Under the pieces are notes generated by a model. It saw only the letters and a program-made list of their open reading frames with translations. It searched no databases and was not told where the DNA came from. Below are positions 29,149 through 43,310 of a stretch of 64,000 nt of DNA, one piece after another (the stretch's first letter is position 1; every line of letters starts with the position of its first letter). Location of the stretch: NCBI RefSeq assembly GCF_964204645.1, contig NC_134029.1, positions 8,148,850 through 8,212,849 on the forward strand, read 5' to 3'. The DNA is from Tubulanus polymorphus. Taxonomy: Eukaryota; Animalia; Nemertea. Both the position numbers and the translations under genes were made by a program.

Positions 29149-32100
29149 TCAGCAACTGAAATCTTTATTTTGTTTTTTCCAAAGAGCTGTTGCCCAATTC
29201 GAAACGGCTTTATCTAATCTCATAACGAACAATAGTATAAAGCAGCAGATGAAAAACACGACAAGGAATGATACAGCTTCGAATATGAAGCGAGGAGCAA
29301 ATATCTTCCACACCATCAAATGACGTCTGTGTAGCCCGGCCGCGCCCATCGTACATAGTAACTGTAAAACAAAGCATCATATTTCATTAATTCATGAATG
29401 AAAATGGGACAAAGGCTCAATGATCTCCACAACAGGTTTTAGAGGGTCAGCCACCCCTTTTATTTTTATATCCACCCCTCCGAAAATCAGCCACCCCTTA
29501 CAAAATATGTTCCATCCCTATCTGAGTAGATGTCAATATTCTATCAATGCTGATAATTGCTATGAAATACATCAAGCTAATGTGAAAATTCACCAAAGAT
29601 GAGAAAGATTTCACCAAAATTGAGCTCAAAATTTCATTAAATTTTAAATTTTTGAATATCAAAAGCCTTGCTTCTTCAGCAGCCACGATGTCATACACTT
29701 AACAATAAATGAAGCCCCTTTAAAATTGAAGCCTATACTGGTAGGTTAGAGAATGATTTTCTAAAAATTGAACGGTACACAAATGAAGGGGAAAATCCAC
29801 AGATTTGTTGAAAACACCCACATCTATACGGGCTCTAAATAGCCGCATATAGGCCTACTGGTAGTAGTGTGCATTGGACCTGATTGATCAAGTTGAATGC
29901 TAGCTGGGATGAATGTCATTTGACTGTACCAGTAATAAACTCGAAATACGGTTCCACCATCCAATTATTTTCAAAATGTACGGTATGGTTTGGTAGTATG
30001 GTTTGTAGGGACTTGGTCTTGGTGAGATGCATTGTGTCAGTGGAAAAGACGCCATCTTTACATTTCCTCTGCCAAGCCCAGTGGCGTTGGAACCACGGCA
30101 ATATTTAGAACCTGTCCAAAATCAGCATTTGGCCGTGGCAATCAAAAATTGGTTCCAACGCCCCTGAAGCCAGCAACCAATTTAATACTAGGGAAATTAG
30201 ATATACGGGTATACTAGGCATGCTGAGTACTGTGGTTTAGATGTTTACTTCGCGCTTGGGAAAGAGAGGACTTTGATATACAATGAGAGTTATAAGGGAA
30301 ATAATACTGAAGTACGAATGTCACTGATGACATTCATTGACAATATTGGGGCACTTAGAAATATTCTCGAGAATAATTACTTAATTCTATTGTTTACGTA
30401 TAGTACACTTACCTGAATTCCATGAAGTGATAGGTAAACGAGGAACAGTCGCAAAATTGACAATTTAAATATATCTGGATTTTCACACAATGCAAACTCT
30501 CCACTTTTCTCTCCAGTTTCACCCTACAGAACACAAACGATACAATTTCAATAAAAAGAAAACAGAAAGTACGCAATACTATACTTCAAGAAAAGTCATC
30601 TTCAAAATTCCATATTGTGTATGATATATTCCTCAACCCAGTAACAAACTGCCATGGTTAAAACAAAAAGCCATGGAAATAACTGACAAATCTCTGAATA
30701 TTTCCTGGACTCATTTCGTTACCTGGGCCATGATAAAATAAGATCTTCAGATCAAATTCCATTAAAAAGTTTAAGACAGTTTTCATTGCTGAAAACAAAT
30801 TTTTCAATAGCGTTGAATTCGAAAGTATTCGTAGATGCTGAGCAGAATTTAATTCTAAAGTATCCTACCTGGACCCAATGGCCGCGGAAATATGGCCAAA
30901 ATATAACCAGCGGTAAGCCAACAGTAAACAGCACCTGTGAGGCAAATGTGTTCATCAAGATTAATAGTCCTGGCAAAACTGTGTTACTGTGATCACCATG
31001 AAAACCGACGAATGCTGCATCCCATTGTAGAGTCGGGATGACTGCTTGATGTCCGGTGGCAAAGAAATAGAACGTTGACAAGAAAATCCACATCACTATT
31101 GTATAAGTTGGAATGCATCCATCATTAGCTGTAACCAAGAGATATTCAAATTTATCAAGACAAGGTCCCTCCAGATCAGTTATTCCTGGATATAAGGAGT
31201 TTTTAAGGAAAACATTTCAAATTAAGAAGTGTCTGCAGTGCAGTGCATCATTTCCATATCCCAATTACTATAATCTCCTAAATCAGTACTGTTTATTTCA
31301 GTAAACCGTTAATTTTTGTGGTTGTGTATATAAAGTTTTATCCTTTACACTACCTACTTTGTTTTTAATTTGGTAAGCGTCTCATTGGGTAAAATAAATC
31401 CAGTTCCCAACTGTGTTGATTTAGGGGTAGTCTACTGTACAACTACAAACTAGGCAAAAATATTTTGAATTGCCTATTTCTCAAAATTGGAGTTTTCAAG
31501 GATTTTTGGGCATTTTGTTCCCAAATTAAAGAAGTTGCAAGCACCTTTACAAGCATTTTCCGTTTTGAATGAGTTTTTAAGGAATCAAGGAGTCATATGT
31601 AACTCACATTTTAATGAATAAAAATGGAAAAATTAAGAAAAACTAAATTCTTGAAAAACTTACGTTTAGTCGTAACTGACTTAGCAGCGTGTAGTTCTAA
31701 TAGCAGAAACATACAGAATACAGCGATTATGATTCCGGGTACTAAACCGTCTTTCAACAACAAAGCCAGTAACAATGTGACCGCTAACAGGATGACTAAA
31801 CACCCTCCGGAATAGACAGTAGCGAGACCGTAGACAAGAGGGGGTTTCTCCGTATCCCCACCGCTGGACGATAGGTACGTTTGCCAGTTCGATTTCATAT
31901 GATTGTAAACTTGAGGTATAATCGAGCCGACCGACGACGACGGAAACATCGGAAGAGTTTTCTCTTGATTTCCCAACGTGAATATAGTCAACGGTTTAAC
32001 AGCGCATATCACCACCGACGATACGAATAAGAAGAAAACTAGGCGCGGTAACAGGACTTGGTTCCACGCCGGTAACTGGTCGATAAGTTTTTGCGGTAGC

Positions 32101-35100
32101 GCCTGTTGGGCCCAGTAGAAACAGATACAAACCGCCATAATCGGCATTACATACTTCACGCAAAGTACTGCCGGTGAGGTGCCGTTCAGATTTCCATGAT
32201 GTTTGAGCCATTTGACGAAAAAGAACGGCGCACTCGCCAGACACGCGACCGAGAGAAAATAACGCCAGTTTCGAATCGAAGCATCAGGCGGAATACTCGA
32301 TAAGGCTTGCAGAAAATTCGTTGGTTCGCACGTCCACTGTTCCTCGCGGCAGGCGCGGAAAACTAAACTCAATCGAAGCAGAATGCTGAACGCAATGGCC
32401 ACGGTTAGCAATCGAAATTCAACCGATGTGATCACGCGTCCGATTTCGAAGCGAAAACTTTTTATTGGTTTACGTTGTGACATTTCTCTGCCGGCTTTGT
32501 TCTCGACTTTTAGCGAATGTAGGTTCGCCCAAAAAAGACACCAAATTAGCGTCTGTAACAGATATTGTAACGCAACGTCTTCGTTCACAACGAAACTATT
32601 TGATGACATTGTTACGCAATAACCTATAAAACATACCGACGCGATTACAGAATTGTAATTCTCGAGCAAGCTCGACGACCACGACTTCATCGTGTCTTTA
32701 ATCGACGACTTAGATTTTTTCGTCGGTGGAACGCGGCCACCCTGCGAGATAACTTTATAGATTACGAGCGCGAAGATTCCGACGCAAGCGCCGATGGCCG
32801 CGAACGCGATCGCCAGTACCCGATTTTCGCGTAGCGTATAGAATATCAGCGTGTACGCGAGACAAGCGACCGTACATGCCCAGTACAGCAGTCCGCGATC
32901 GCCGATCTCCTCGAGCGTCAAACGCGACATTACGGCGCCGTACGCGATCGCTATGCAAATGACGAAGATTCCTAAAACGATCGCACTAAGGTCGAACTTC
33001 GCCCAGATTCCCTGACAAGTTGTTTTCGTCTCCGATAAAAAGCGTTTGTGATTACCGCGAATTCGTTCGAGTACAGCGCGCAATTCCGCATTGTCACCGA
33101 CGGAAACCAACTTCGTCAGCGTATTTTGCAGATCCGATTCGGTTTTCGTGAAAAGTTTGCTTAATTCGGCGTATTTGCGGGCCGGGAAGTCCGACGCTGC
33201 TTGCATATACGCATCTAAATAGTTTTTCACCTGATGGGCGTTGATGTGCGTCGCTTTGATCGAATGATAAACGCGTCGCAGCGGGTTAGATTCCGTCTGC
33301 CACCAAGGACAGTGCGTGAACAATTCCGGTATAACACTCCCGAGATTCGAAAATGGAATCGGTATTCCCATCAGCAGGGAAAACGTCGGAACGAAATCTA
33401 ACTGCGAAACAGTGTTTTCGTCATCCTGAAAGAAATAACATTTTTGAACGATTGATAGATTTTCCGAATGATATGTTTAGAAACATGGGAAAGCAAAGAT
33501 TCATACCAATGTTCCTTACACAGTAGAATCCTCGCGGGCCCATGTATTTACTTAAAGTTTGATCATAGTTCAGCAAAGGAAAAATAATTGAGTTATGCGA
33601 TAATTTGAAAAAATTTGAATTAAGAGCAATCTACCATTAATGTTATTAACTCTATCACTTTATCTACACTGCAGTGCGTTGCTTTGCTGTGCACTGCATT
33701 GCGGTGTATTAATGTTATATCATGGATGGACTTGGCTAGTGCAACGCATCACGGTGTATGATGTTATTAGTTTCTTATCTTCATAATGAAATAGTAGTAA
33801 ATAACGAATACCGCACGACAGTGTAGACGCACTTTAGTAGCATACCGGTATCCGTCAAACAACTGAATGGGGTGGAATTCTTTTAAATTTTCAAATCATC
33901 TCCAGTAATTCAGAGTATCAGCTAGTCAGCCTCAAAAGGATTAAACACTCACTAGTTTCCCAGGCATTTCGGCAATCTTCGACGGACTGTAAATGAATAA
34001 ACCAGCGTCAACTTCATCAACGCTATCACCGCCGTGGTCGCCGCTACGAGTCATACCGTGATCACCCATTACAAACAATATCGTATCTGCATCCATCTGT
34101 TTCGTAACATTTCTGCGTGAAAATGTGAAAAAATAGATACACAAGAATTGATGAGTTGAGTATAAGAAAGTCCCATACATAATATCGAAGGATTGATAGA
34201 AGATGGGGGGCCAATTTCTGGTTGGAACTATTCATTATTATCATCCATATGGACATGAAAGATAATGTAGTCCTTGTAAGAATAGAAACACTCGGCTGCT
34301 CCGTGCACCTAAGAACAATGGTATAAGACTTGCTTTGACAAGACAACTCAAGATTGAGTGGAGCCAAGCAAATTCATAGGCCCAAGCCCCTGTTAATGCA
34401 TACCGGCATAAAGAAACACCATACCTGGTATCTTAGATCATGACAAAACATTAACAATTGGGATTTTACTTTAAAGATTACCATCATACCAGGGAAATCT
34501 ATAGGCAGAGCTGCCAACCTCGGAAAATGTTAGGCCTATCAGTATGGCTTTTTGAGTTTCAGTTGCAACATTTTTTCAATATTACATTTCACCTGAATCT
34601 ATTTTCATTTATTCTTCTATAGGCCTAATCGTATTACACACTTCAAAAGATGGTGGTTTTCAATCTTAAAACACTTATCAACTTATCAATTTCTCCTTAT
34701 TAATGATTCAGATCTCGAATATGTGTGCTTGCCATGGTAATCAATAGTCATATTCTATTTCTAGACACACAAATGGAATAGCCTGAAATACTACAGGTTG
34801 TTTGGGAATGACGGCTTTATACTACTAGATAGACTTAAAAGGTAACGCTTTCGTGTAGAGTGTTATAGCTATTACATAAGCATTAAACACTGCCACTGAC
34901 TGGTGTTGAAAAGACGACACAATATGAAAAAAAATTCCGATATCTAAGACTTATTGCCACCGCATTTCGCTGCTAATTAATTGTATAATCAAGTTCTATT
35001 CATGACTGTACAAATTAAAAGGAGGCATAAATACCACACTAATATTACATAGAAGATGAAGTCCGAAAGGTTTCCTTTAAGCTGATAATTCATTGATTTG

Positions 35101-36142
35101 ACTTCGTTTCCACTATAAACTAATAGTCATCTTCAGGAATACCTCATAAACATTAAATCAATAAACTATTAACTTAGGGGAAACTTTTCGAACTTTTTAT
35201 ATCAGTGTGGGATTCTCTATTTTTTGCACAACACGAAATAGAGTTTCACCCATTTCAAAACTGCTCAAATTGAAAGTGACTGTAATGCTGAATACAACAG
35301 GACACAGCCTAAATACAGTGACCATATGAGTCGACAGCTCTGTAAAGGCCTATTATTCAATGGCTTATCTTGACGTACCGAATAACTTGATTCATTTGAG
35401 ACAATTTCTCAGCCATCGCCGGATGGTTCGGGCCGTAACGATGTCCGCAGTGGTCGACGCCGAGAAAATGAGCGACCAACACGTCCCAGTCGTTCATTTT
35501 CATTTCCGGCATCAAATGCCGAAGAATTCCGTCGTCGATGGTGTGCAGGTCTTTGACGTTGAACGACGGAAAATGATACGCTTTCCGAAAGCGATTCGGA
35601 AACAGACCCATCCACGTATCGTCGCCCATGAACGTGATCTTTTTGCCGTTTTTCGCCAGCTGGTCGACGAAATTATCCTCAGTAATCTCGGTACTGGCGA
35701 AATTCGAACCGGCGTCGACGAAAGTCGGTAAGCTGCCGGTCGTCATTCCCTTCAGCCGCTGCATCGTCGTCGTCGGTGGATCCGCGACGAATTTATAAAG
35801 GCGAGAATTACGCGGGAACTTTTTCAACAAATGCGTCACGTGTTTGAGCTTGTTCGCGTACGGCGGCGACGCGGCGTCGTTACGAATCGTGGCGTTGTGT
35901 TTGATGAAATCGTAGCGTAACGCGTCGATGATTAGCACGACGGCGCGTTTGTACCGCGCATGCATCCAACAACCGGCGTGGCCGTGGTCGTCGTTCTGCA
36001 CGTGTTTGAGGTCGGTATCGCATTCGCTGGCACGTTCGATTACGAATCGATTCAACAGAAAGCCTTTGGTGAACAGATATATCCCCAACGCGTAAATGCA
36101 CCCGGTCCAAACTATAATTCCTATTAACGTGCAATTTTTCAT
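29149..36142 (-). CDS. PIGO: GPI ethanolamine phosphate transferase 3, ~1089 aa; exons 35379-36142, 33953-34112, 31664-33425, 30869-31128, 30413-30523, 29149-29361
   Basis: Motifs LIIDALRYDF, ADPPTTTMQRLKGMTTGSLPTFVDAGSNF, HFLGVDHCGHRYGP, GDHGMTRSGDHGG, FFATGHQ...WDAAFVG, HRRHLMVWKIFAPRFIFE; all splice phases consistent. Confidence 0.95.
33650..33940. mobile_element. Old degenerate copy of the piggyBac-type MITE
   Basis: TTAA flanks; shares TCTACAC..CAGTGCG, GTGTAGACGCACT, GGGTGGAATT and TTTTCAAAT blocks with 7849-8143. Confidence 0.6.
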
Positions 36143-38033
36143 TTTGAACTGTATTTCTTTCGACAAAATTCGAAGGGCATGTAAATTTGTTAGGGTTTAA
36201 GGCGAATTATCATGTTATCTTCGATCGTTTGCACGCATTCATTCGGGCCAAATTGCCATTTGGCACAATTAGCGCGACGACCTTGAAAACATGTAATTTC
36301 CTAAACTACGGTCTTTTTGTATTCCTCGTATACGGACTCAATTCAATCCAATTCAATGTATTTATTCGTTTTATCTCACACCGGGCCGGTGACCAGCATT
36401 AAATTATTGTCGAGTGCCGGATATCTTATCGTGTTTCGTAGGACGAAGGCTGGTTTTGCCTCGCCGATAAGAAACTAATAACAAAAAACCCAGTTGTTTA
36501 TGGGTTATCATTTTCGAGAGTCGCCGGCCTCTCAGTCAGAAAGCCGGATCACTAACGTGATCGACGGACATGCGGCATCCTCGCTTGGCAGGGTTTGATT
36601 GCACACCATCTGAATCTGACGCCAAAACAAAGCCTGGCCGCAAACCCTTCATTGGTCTATACCATCGCCCAAGACAGGCCCGTTGGAAGTAATTACTTCA
36701 AAACGTCCACTGCAAGATATCCAAGCAGACTAGATGAGGTCCGAAATACAATATTTCATCCGATAGAATTTAGTGAAACAAAACCACAACGTTTCGGGTG
36801 TTGACTAACTATATTTTATTTTTGTCCCGGAGATGGCTATTAGAATATAGTCGAAACGTCGAATTAGTTCAAGTAAACGTTTTCGGACTTTATATCATCG
36901 TTTCGGTTTCACTAAACTTCCGCATTTCGTCGATTAGTGAAAAAATAAATTGTCCATGTGATTCCTCATAGACGGTTCTCTATATCTCAGACCAAACGAG
37001 ATACAATCCTAATTCTTGGTATGGATACACATCCCCCATCTTAATACGTCAGAGGCGAAACTTGGTGAAGCGCACAGTAAAAAAAATCCCATTTTTTTAA
37101 AGTTTTGATAAATAAATAGGGCCGGGCTCTGCACTCAATGATCTTGAAATTTTACCAGTAAAAAACAAGGTTTTTTGGAATGTACTAGATGGAAGGCACC
37201 TGCGCGTGTTCGACTTGATACAAAGAAAATCAACCAATCGAAAAATTCGGTGATCAAATGGCTAAAATTCGAGAATCAACATTTTTTAGAAACGTAACAT
37301 GGATGATGTTACACAAAGGATTGTATCCGTTTCGAATACCAAATGCAGGGCTGAAAAATTCTAGACGATGCTAACATTTTGCCGACCAAATATTTTTTGT
37401 GAAATACATCTGCGTAACTCTCAGAATGGTACATTAGATCACTTAAACGACATATCCATAACATATTTCATGATAGGCCATTGACGAGTCACAACCACTC
37501 CTCGATCTGAAATATAGTCCCGTGCAATCGATGATATACATTGATTTTCTAAGTTCCTGGGTGTTTTTCAGTCCTAGAACCTGCTGCACCCTTGTTTTGT
37601 AGAGATACACACAGTGCTGCTTTATCCCAGACATTCCCCACTCCCCCAACAGCTTTAGGACGAATAATATAAAATCAAACCACCGAAATGGCGATGCAGC
37701 CGGGCAAAGTCCGTTGTTAAGGCCATTTCAAGAGTTTCATTCTCATCGTTCCCTGTGGTGATACTCCCACCAACGTATTTAACTGCCTATGACATGAAAT
37801 AAATTTACTTTTGCAATTTAATCGATATGCCCATCAGTGAACCATTAGAGGTAAAGGTGTCTCATTTCAGAAGTAATACACGCTAAAACTGCTATAAAAC
37901 GTTAATTCATTTTTACAAATGCATAAACTGTACTTAAACAGCTTTCCCCGATTGCGATATTCCTGCAAGCTTTTAAATTCGACCAATCATCGTTCTACCC
38001 CGCTTTCTATTTCGTCCCCGCTCAAAACACGCG

Positions 38034-39074
38034 ATGGAGAACTCGACCTCGACGAAAACGGAACTGTGCGAGTTACCGCCTTATAACAGCGACTTCAGAT
38101 TCAGTATCATCTTGTACACGTGCATATACGGCCCAATAATATTGGCCGGTGTTATCGTCAACGTTTTGAACCTTTTAGTTATAAATCGCTTAAAAAATCC
38201 AGTTTATACCACCATCAAAATTTTAGCTGCTTTCGACTTATCCTTTATGTTGTCCGCGCTGTTTCTGTACCCCATAAGGACATTGTACTTGTACGGCCTG
38301 TTAGGTGAAATACTTTATCACATAAACGACTGGTATTTTGGATGGTGGTTCATAACACTTTTTCAACCGTTTTTCTACGCTACGCAAATGGCACGAAACT
38401 GGTCGATCATCCTTATAAGCTTAGAGCGGCTAGTCGTCGTGGCTTTCCCGTTGAATTACAAACGGATATGGAATTCGAAGACGCTCGGATTTCTTCTTTT
38501 CGCAATCATCGTAACGAGTATATTTTCGAATTGGAATCATTTCGTACCCGATGTGCTGCCCGGTTTGTGGCAATGGCCGTGTTTGAAGTCGGGTCAATTC
38601 GCCTACACGATATTTTTTGCCGAAACGCCCGTTACGCGTTTCTCAGTGCCCCGAGTTCAGTACAACGACGTATATTTGTTGTATGTCATCGGCACAGTTG
38701 CTCTTCCTTACCTTATGATGTGTGTGATAAACACGGCTTTGGTTGTGGCGTTGAATTTAGCCAGCAAACGCAGAAAGGAAATCACGACGATTGACAAATC
38801 ATCGGGCAAAGATGTTCAAATTCTGAAAATGGTCGGTGTTGTTTTAGCTATTTTCTTCATTTGCGAAGCCCCAGCAGTTATAGAACGTCTCGAAGGTCTA
38901 ATCAGAGGAAAAGAAACACCTTTGACCCACGAACAACGTATGGCAATGCGTAAATTCGCGTTAGCGCTTTCGATGTTCGACTCAGTTGTTAACTTCTTCG
39001 CTTATTGCGCCGTAAATAGGTCGTTCAAGCAAGCATTTGTTGAAATCTTCAAACGCAACCAACTTCGCGGATAA
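38034..39074 (+). CDS. Intronless rhodopsin-class GPCR, FMRFamide-receptor/Srw-like (peptide or chemosensory), 346 aa
   Basis: Seven hydrophobic segments; GVIVNVLNLLV (TM1), LAAFDL (TM2), ISLERLVVVAFPL (DRY variant), FFICEAP (TM6), DSVVNFFAYC (NPxxY variant). Confidence 0.9.
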   Translation: MENSTSTKTELCELPPYNSDFRFSIILYTCIYGPIILAGVIVNVLNLLVINRLKNPVYTTIKILAAFDLSFMLSALFLYPIRTLYLYGLLGEILYHINDWYFGWWFITLFQPFFYATQMARNWSIILISLERLVVVAFPLNYKRIWNSKTLGFLLFAIIVTSIFSNWNHFVPDVLPGLWQWPCLKSGQFAYTIFFAETPVTRFSVPRVQYNDVYLLYVIGTVALPYLMMCVINTALVVALNLASKRRKEITTIDKSSGKDVQILKMVGVVLAIFFICEAPAVIERLEGLIRGKETPLTHEQRMAMRKFALALSMFDSVVNFFAYCAVNRSFKQAFVEIFKRNQLRG

Positions 39075-40404
39075 AGAATCAAGTATCCGCGTTTGTCATC
39101 AAGTATCAGCGTTGGTATGGTTTGCCTATAGCATGTCTCGAGGGGTTATTTGTACCCAATTTATAAAGATACGATTTAATTTCTTCGTTTACAATCTATT
39201 TTCACAGACTTCGCGTATATGACTTTTCACGACCACTCTATTTCCAAAGCTGAAAAAACTCCATGTTTGGAACAGAGCCCCGCGACTCCTCATTTTGCAA
39301 ATCTGTATTCGAAATACGATCTGCTCAATTTGCTTTTCAATTTGATGCTCTTGTTGCATCAAGCCAGTGTTATTTGGATAGAAGCATCGAAATAAATCTT
39401 GATATGCATTATAGCAAAATGAAGTCCTTCCATTAGCTTTTATCTCACGCGTAATTTCACTGGTACATGACGTTATATGAACCTCATGAAATGAATAACT
39501 AACTGATATTGAATGCAATCACATATAGCGCCTTCAGAAATTGTAACCTTTATCCCATCTGGATATTTTCTTTTGGGGAGGGAGAGACAGGGGTTTCGTT
39601 TTTATCGTAGGTTTCTTGTCGACAAAAATAATTGCCACCAGCATTTTCAGTATGTGCAAATAAGATAGACCTGACCAGGGAATCGGTTTCATAGGCTGCT
39701 TGGATTAGGATCGCGGTAACCTGAATAGAATTTTGATTGGCATGAGTATGACTCCGTTCTAACTTCCATAGCGTTCCCCATCTCCCATCTAATACTGTTT
39801 CGGAAAATATAGGTACTCGTATGTCGTATATAGAACCAGATACATGTATTAGTGATTACAAAACCAGAATGAATCAAAGATTTCGTCCGCAAATCTCCAT
39901 GTTCAGCGAAATGGCGGTGCACGGTGGGGAATCCATCCATCAAATAATATTCATCAAGCCAGGGACAACAGAGCATGTTCATGTTAATCCAAACTAATTT
40001 TGTATCTGAAAACATGGCAACAAAGGGGACCTCGAGGGACTGCTACAGTATGGGGCCTGGAAAATGGAAACGTCTTGATTAAGCCTTGGGTTTGATTTAG
40101 TTGGCTATTCATCCGTGGTTATCTCAAATCATTGATGTAGTCACGTTTACTGCGTTCATTGTTAGCCTATATGCATGTAGATTCCGTATGCTTTATCACA
40201 CTTGTGCCGAAGGGAGTGGATGATGTTTTTTTCCTAATATTTACACTTAAACAGCTATAACCGAAGCTGAATGGTTGCCGAATGGATTGTTGCTGTTGGT
40301 TGCGATATCGTTTTTTACAATAAAGTTAAATGATTTGTACTTAGTTTATAATATAATAATCATATTTATATAAGAAGCCTACATATTTATATAATATATA
40401 ATTA

Positions 40405-40810
40405 TATCGAATATATTATCGAGAAGTCGAGCTCATAAAAATGAAAAAAAATCTCGCACCTGAATTCATCTTTACTTTTACTCACTCGCCCTCTCAACTT
40501 CTGATATGAAATCCCACTTTCCCTATTACTTCTAATAATTTCATATAAATGAACATTATTTACATGAATATCATATATTTGAAAATCAATTATATATTAA
40601 TGATAAAAGTGTGAGTAAAGTGCGAGAAATAATTCATATTTTAACAGATTTCGAATAAAAAAATATGTAAAATAAATGGACAATTAAAAGAATATAACAA
40701 AACGAGTAATTAACGATTCTTGATTTTTAAACATAAAAAGTGTGAGTAAAGTGTGATTGAAATTATTTATATTTTAAACATATTTTAATATTTATATTTG
40801 AATGAGTTAT
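40405..40810 (+). mobile_element. Diverged relic of the terminal region of the 49063-54095 element family
   Basis: Shares GTCGAGCTC.TAAAAA.TGAAAA, CCCTATTACT, AAAAGTGTGAGTAAAGTG and AATATTTATATTTGAATGAGTT with 49100-49533. Confidence 0.75.
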
Positions 40811-41389
40811 GGTGCTTTTTTCGAATCTGCATGGCGCTTTACCAAAGCCTTTCTGATCTACCATCAGATGATCCCAGCTATAGAATCTGTTGAATTGTTA
40901 AAATTTGTTAATTGGGCGGCAAGCATTTTTAATCATTCTTCCAATTTGGTGCCGTTTTTGACAATACTTTGGTGTTGGCATATCGCTATGTAATATTTGT
41001 TGTGGATATCGCAATTAATTATTTTGGTAATTCGTCTTAACATCGAAATTTTATTTAAAAAAATAATACATACATTAATATGTAGGAATTAATTCCAGGC
41101 GTTTAGCCTTTGATTTCCTACTAGTCCCGCTCCTACAACATTTCTTTAATTACTTCATACATAAAAAGCAGATATGTTTTTTCTATCGCATGTTCCAAGG
41201 AAGATGTTCGCAGAAAGCCCGAAATCTTTTTTCTTTTCTAATATGTTTGATATATCATACATTGTGATATATGTTTAAACCAATAATGATATTTTGGTAC
41301 TATATTACCCCAAAATTAACGGAACTCAAGGGATAAACAAAGGTTGAGGACATCCAAAATTGATACCACGCACGCACGTGATTATGCAC

Positions 41390-42715
41390 GCCAACGTTTT
41401 GAACCTTGAAGTCACCAATCGCTTAAATAATTCAGTTTATACAACCTTTAAAACTTTAACTCCCTTCGACTTATCCACGTTCGTTGCGCCCAAGGACGTA
41501 CTTGTACGGCTTGTTAGGTGGAATACGTTAGCACCTTTACGCCGAGACAACCAAGCCAAACCGTAAAGTTGATAGATATAGGCCGGACGCCCGTGACATC
41601 CGACAGTTTATTGACTACGGCTTGTTAGGTGGAATACGTTAGCACCTTAACGACTGGTATTTTGGTTGGCGGTTCATAATACTTTTTAAACCGTCTTTCT
41701 ACGCTACGCAAACGAACTGCAAACTTTTAAGGCAATATTTGAGTAGATAGGTGCAAGCCCTACGGGACTGAACTTCCCCATTGATCAGAGATATAGTAAA
41801 ACCTTGGAGTAATCATTTGACAAATGATTACTCCAAGGTAAAACGCACTAGGGAACGTGCGCTTCATGGGCCGCGGTAACCTGACCAGAGGGTAAGAAAA
41901 GCAACCCCTCGACAGTAGCAACCCAACGGTTATCACAATCGTTGAAACTAAAATCCACACCCTGAAAAAAATCGTTCCGTATCCCTAGGTAATAAGATTG
42001 TCATGGAGGCAACTTATAAAAAAAGTAATGGGGTTTACCTTGAAAAATGTTTACATATGTGACTGTCTAGAATTTTGCACAGTAAATGTAAATTCTGCGA
42101 TTTTTCGCAGAGTGTCGCGGATTTAGCATTGTATAAGCCGTGCAAAAGTTTCATCATTATATTTGGTTACAACTTTTATACCGGTACAGGTATTTTAAGA
42201 CTTTCTAGCTTTTTGCATCCGATGAGAAGATGGCATTCATTAACATTATGCGGGCTTCACAAAATTTACCACTTCATTTCCTTCATCTTAAAATTCATCA
42301 TTCCAGGTCTAAGTTTGGCCACTTGTTTGGTAACAAAACCTACTTGTAAGATACAAGTTTGTCATTATTAGTAATTCGTGACCAAAAATTTTGTTTGTCT
42401 TGATCTTTAAGATGTTATAAACTATTACTTTGGTTATTCCAAATGTGATGTGCACCCGACTCATAAATGGTATTCTTAATGAATCTTAGTCAAGGGCTCG
42501 TGTAATATACCATTTTCATCAAGTTTTAGAGGCAGCCTATAGACGCTATAACTTAATTTAGACGCATTGTCTTGTATGAGGTGAGCCCAGAATTGGACAG
42601 CTTTAATCCGTTTGTCCGCAGCGCCACGTAGTGAGAATAGCCGTCGTGGTTTACGCATTGAATTACAAACGGATATGGAATTCGAAGACGCTCGGATTTC
42701 TACTTTTCTACTTTT
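41390..42715 (+). pseudogene. Fragmented GPCR pseudogene (pieces 41390-41712 and 42640-42715) split by unrelated insertions
   Basis: Homology to 38160-38500 with indels; a separate 3'-end fragment lies at ~44008-44105. Confidence 0.8.
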
Positions 42716-42744
42716 CTACTTTTGCGAGGATCGCTCGCTCGGGT

Positions 42745-43310
42745 GTTTTTCCTATGGGGTAATTGATGGCCCAACTTTGACACGGTCGACCAGAAGCCGT
42801 CTGATTCACTTTCCCGGAATAGTAAAACCCCTCCTGCGACAGTGGGCAACTGTAAAACACTAAAATCAACAGATCGATTCATGTATTTTTATACAAATAT
42901 ATATAAAAATACGACAGACCTAATGAGAAATCATTTCCCCGTTTTTCGACTGAAGGCAGGCGTATTCATCCTTGGTTGAACTTAGGTCACTGGCCCGACG
43001 TCTGATTAAGTTAAAGCACACTCTTCAGGTCGGCAAAATATTTGATACATGTTTGCATCAAACTTTGCAAAATCGGCCCAGTTTTCTTTTCCTTCAAACG
43101 CCTTCCAGGTTTTTGCTCGATCTTTGGATATTCGAGTAGTTTTCCAAAAAAAGTATTATTCTTCGACGGTATATTCGTATTGTTTCACAAGAATGTGATA
43201 GATGATTCTATAAAAAATGAACTTACCCAAATCGCTGTTATAGTAGAATAATGTGATGAAAATAACTCATCCAGAACTGCAAAACTAGAATGGCGAATTC
43301 TGAAAATCAT
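42745..43310 (-). pseudogene. Truncated kringle-gene copy 1 (frameshifted signal exon plus N-terminal half of kringle exon)
   Basis: YYSGKVNQTASGRPCQSWAINYP remnant; deletion fuses it to the GPCR fragment. Confidence 0.75.

Noticed and set aside
35052-35075. GATGAAGTCCGAAAGG resembling the classic hammerhead stem II
   Set aside because: No preceding CUGA core or closing GACGAAA; it is a variant of the repeat arm, separate from the better match nearby
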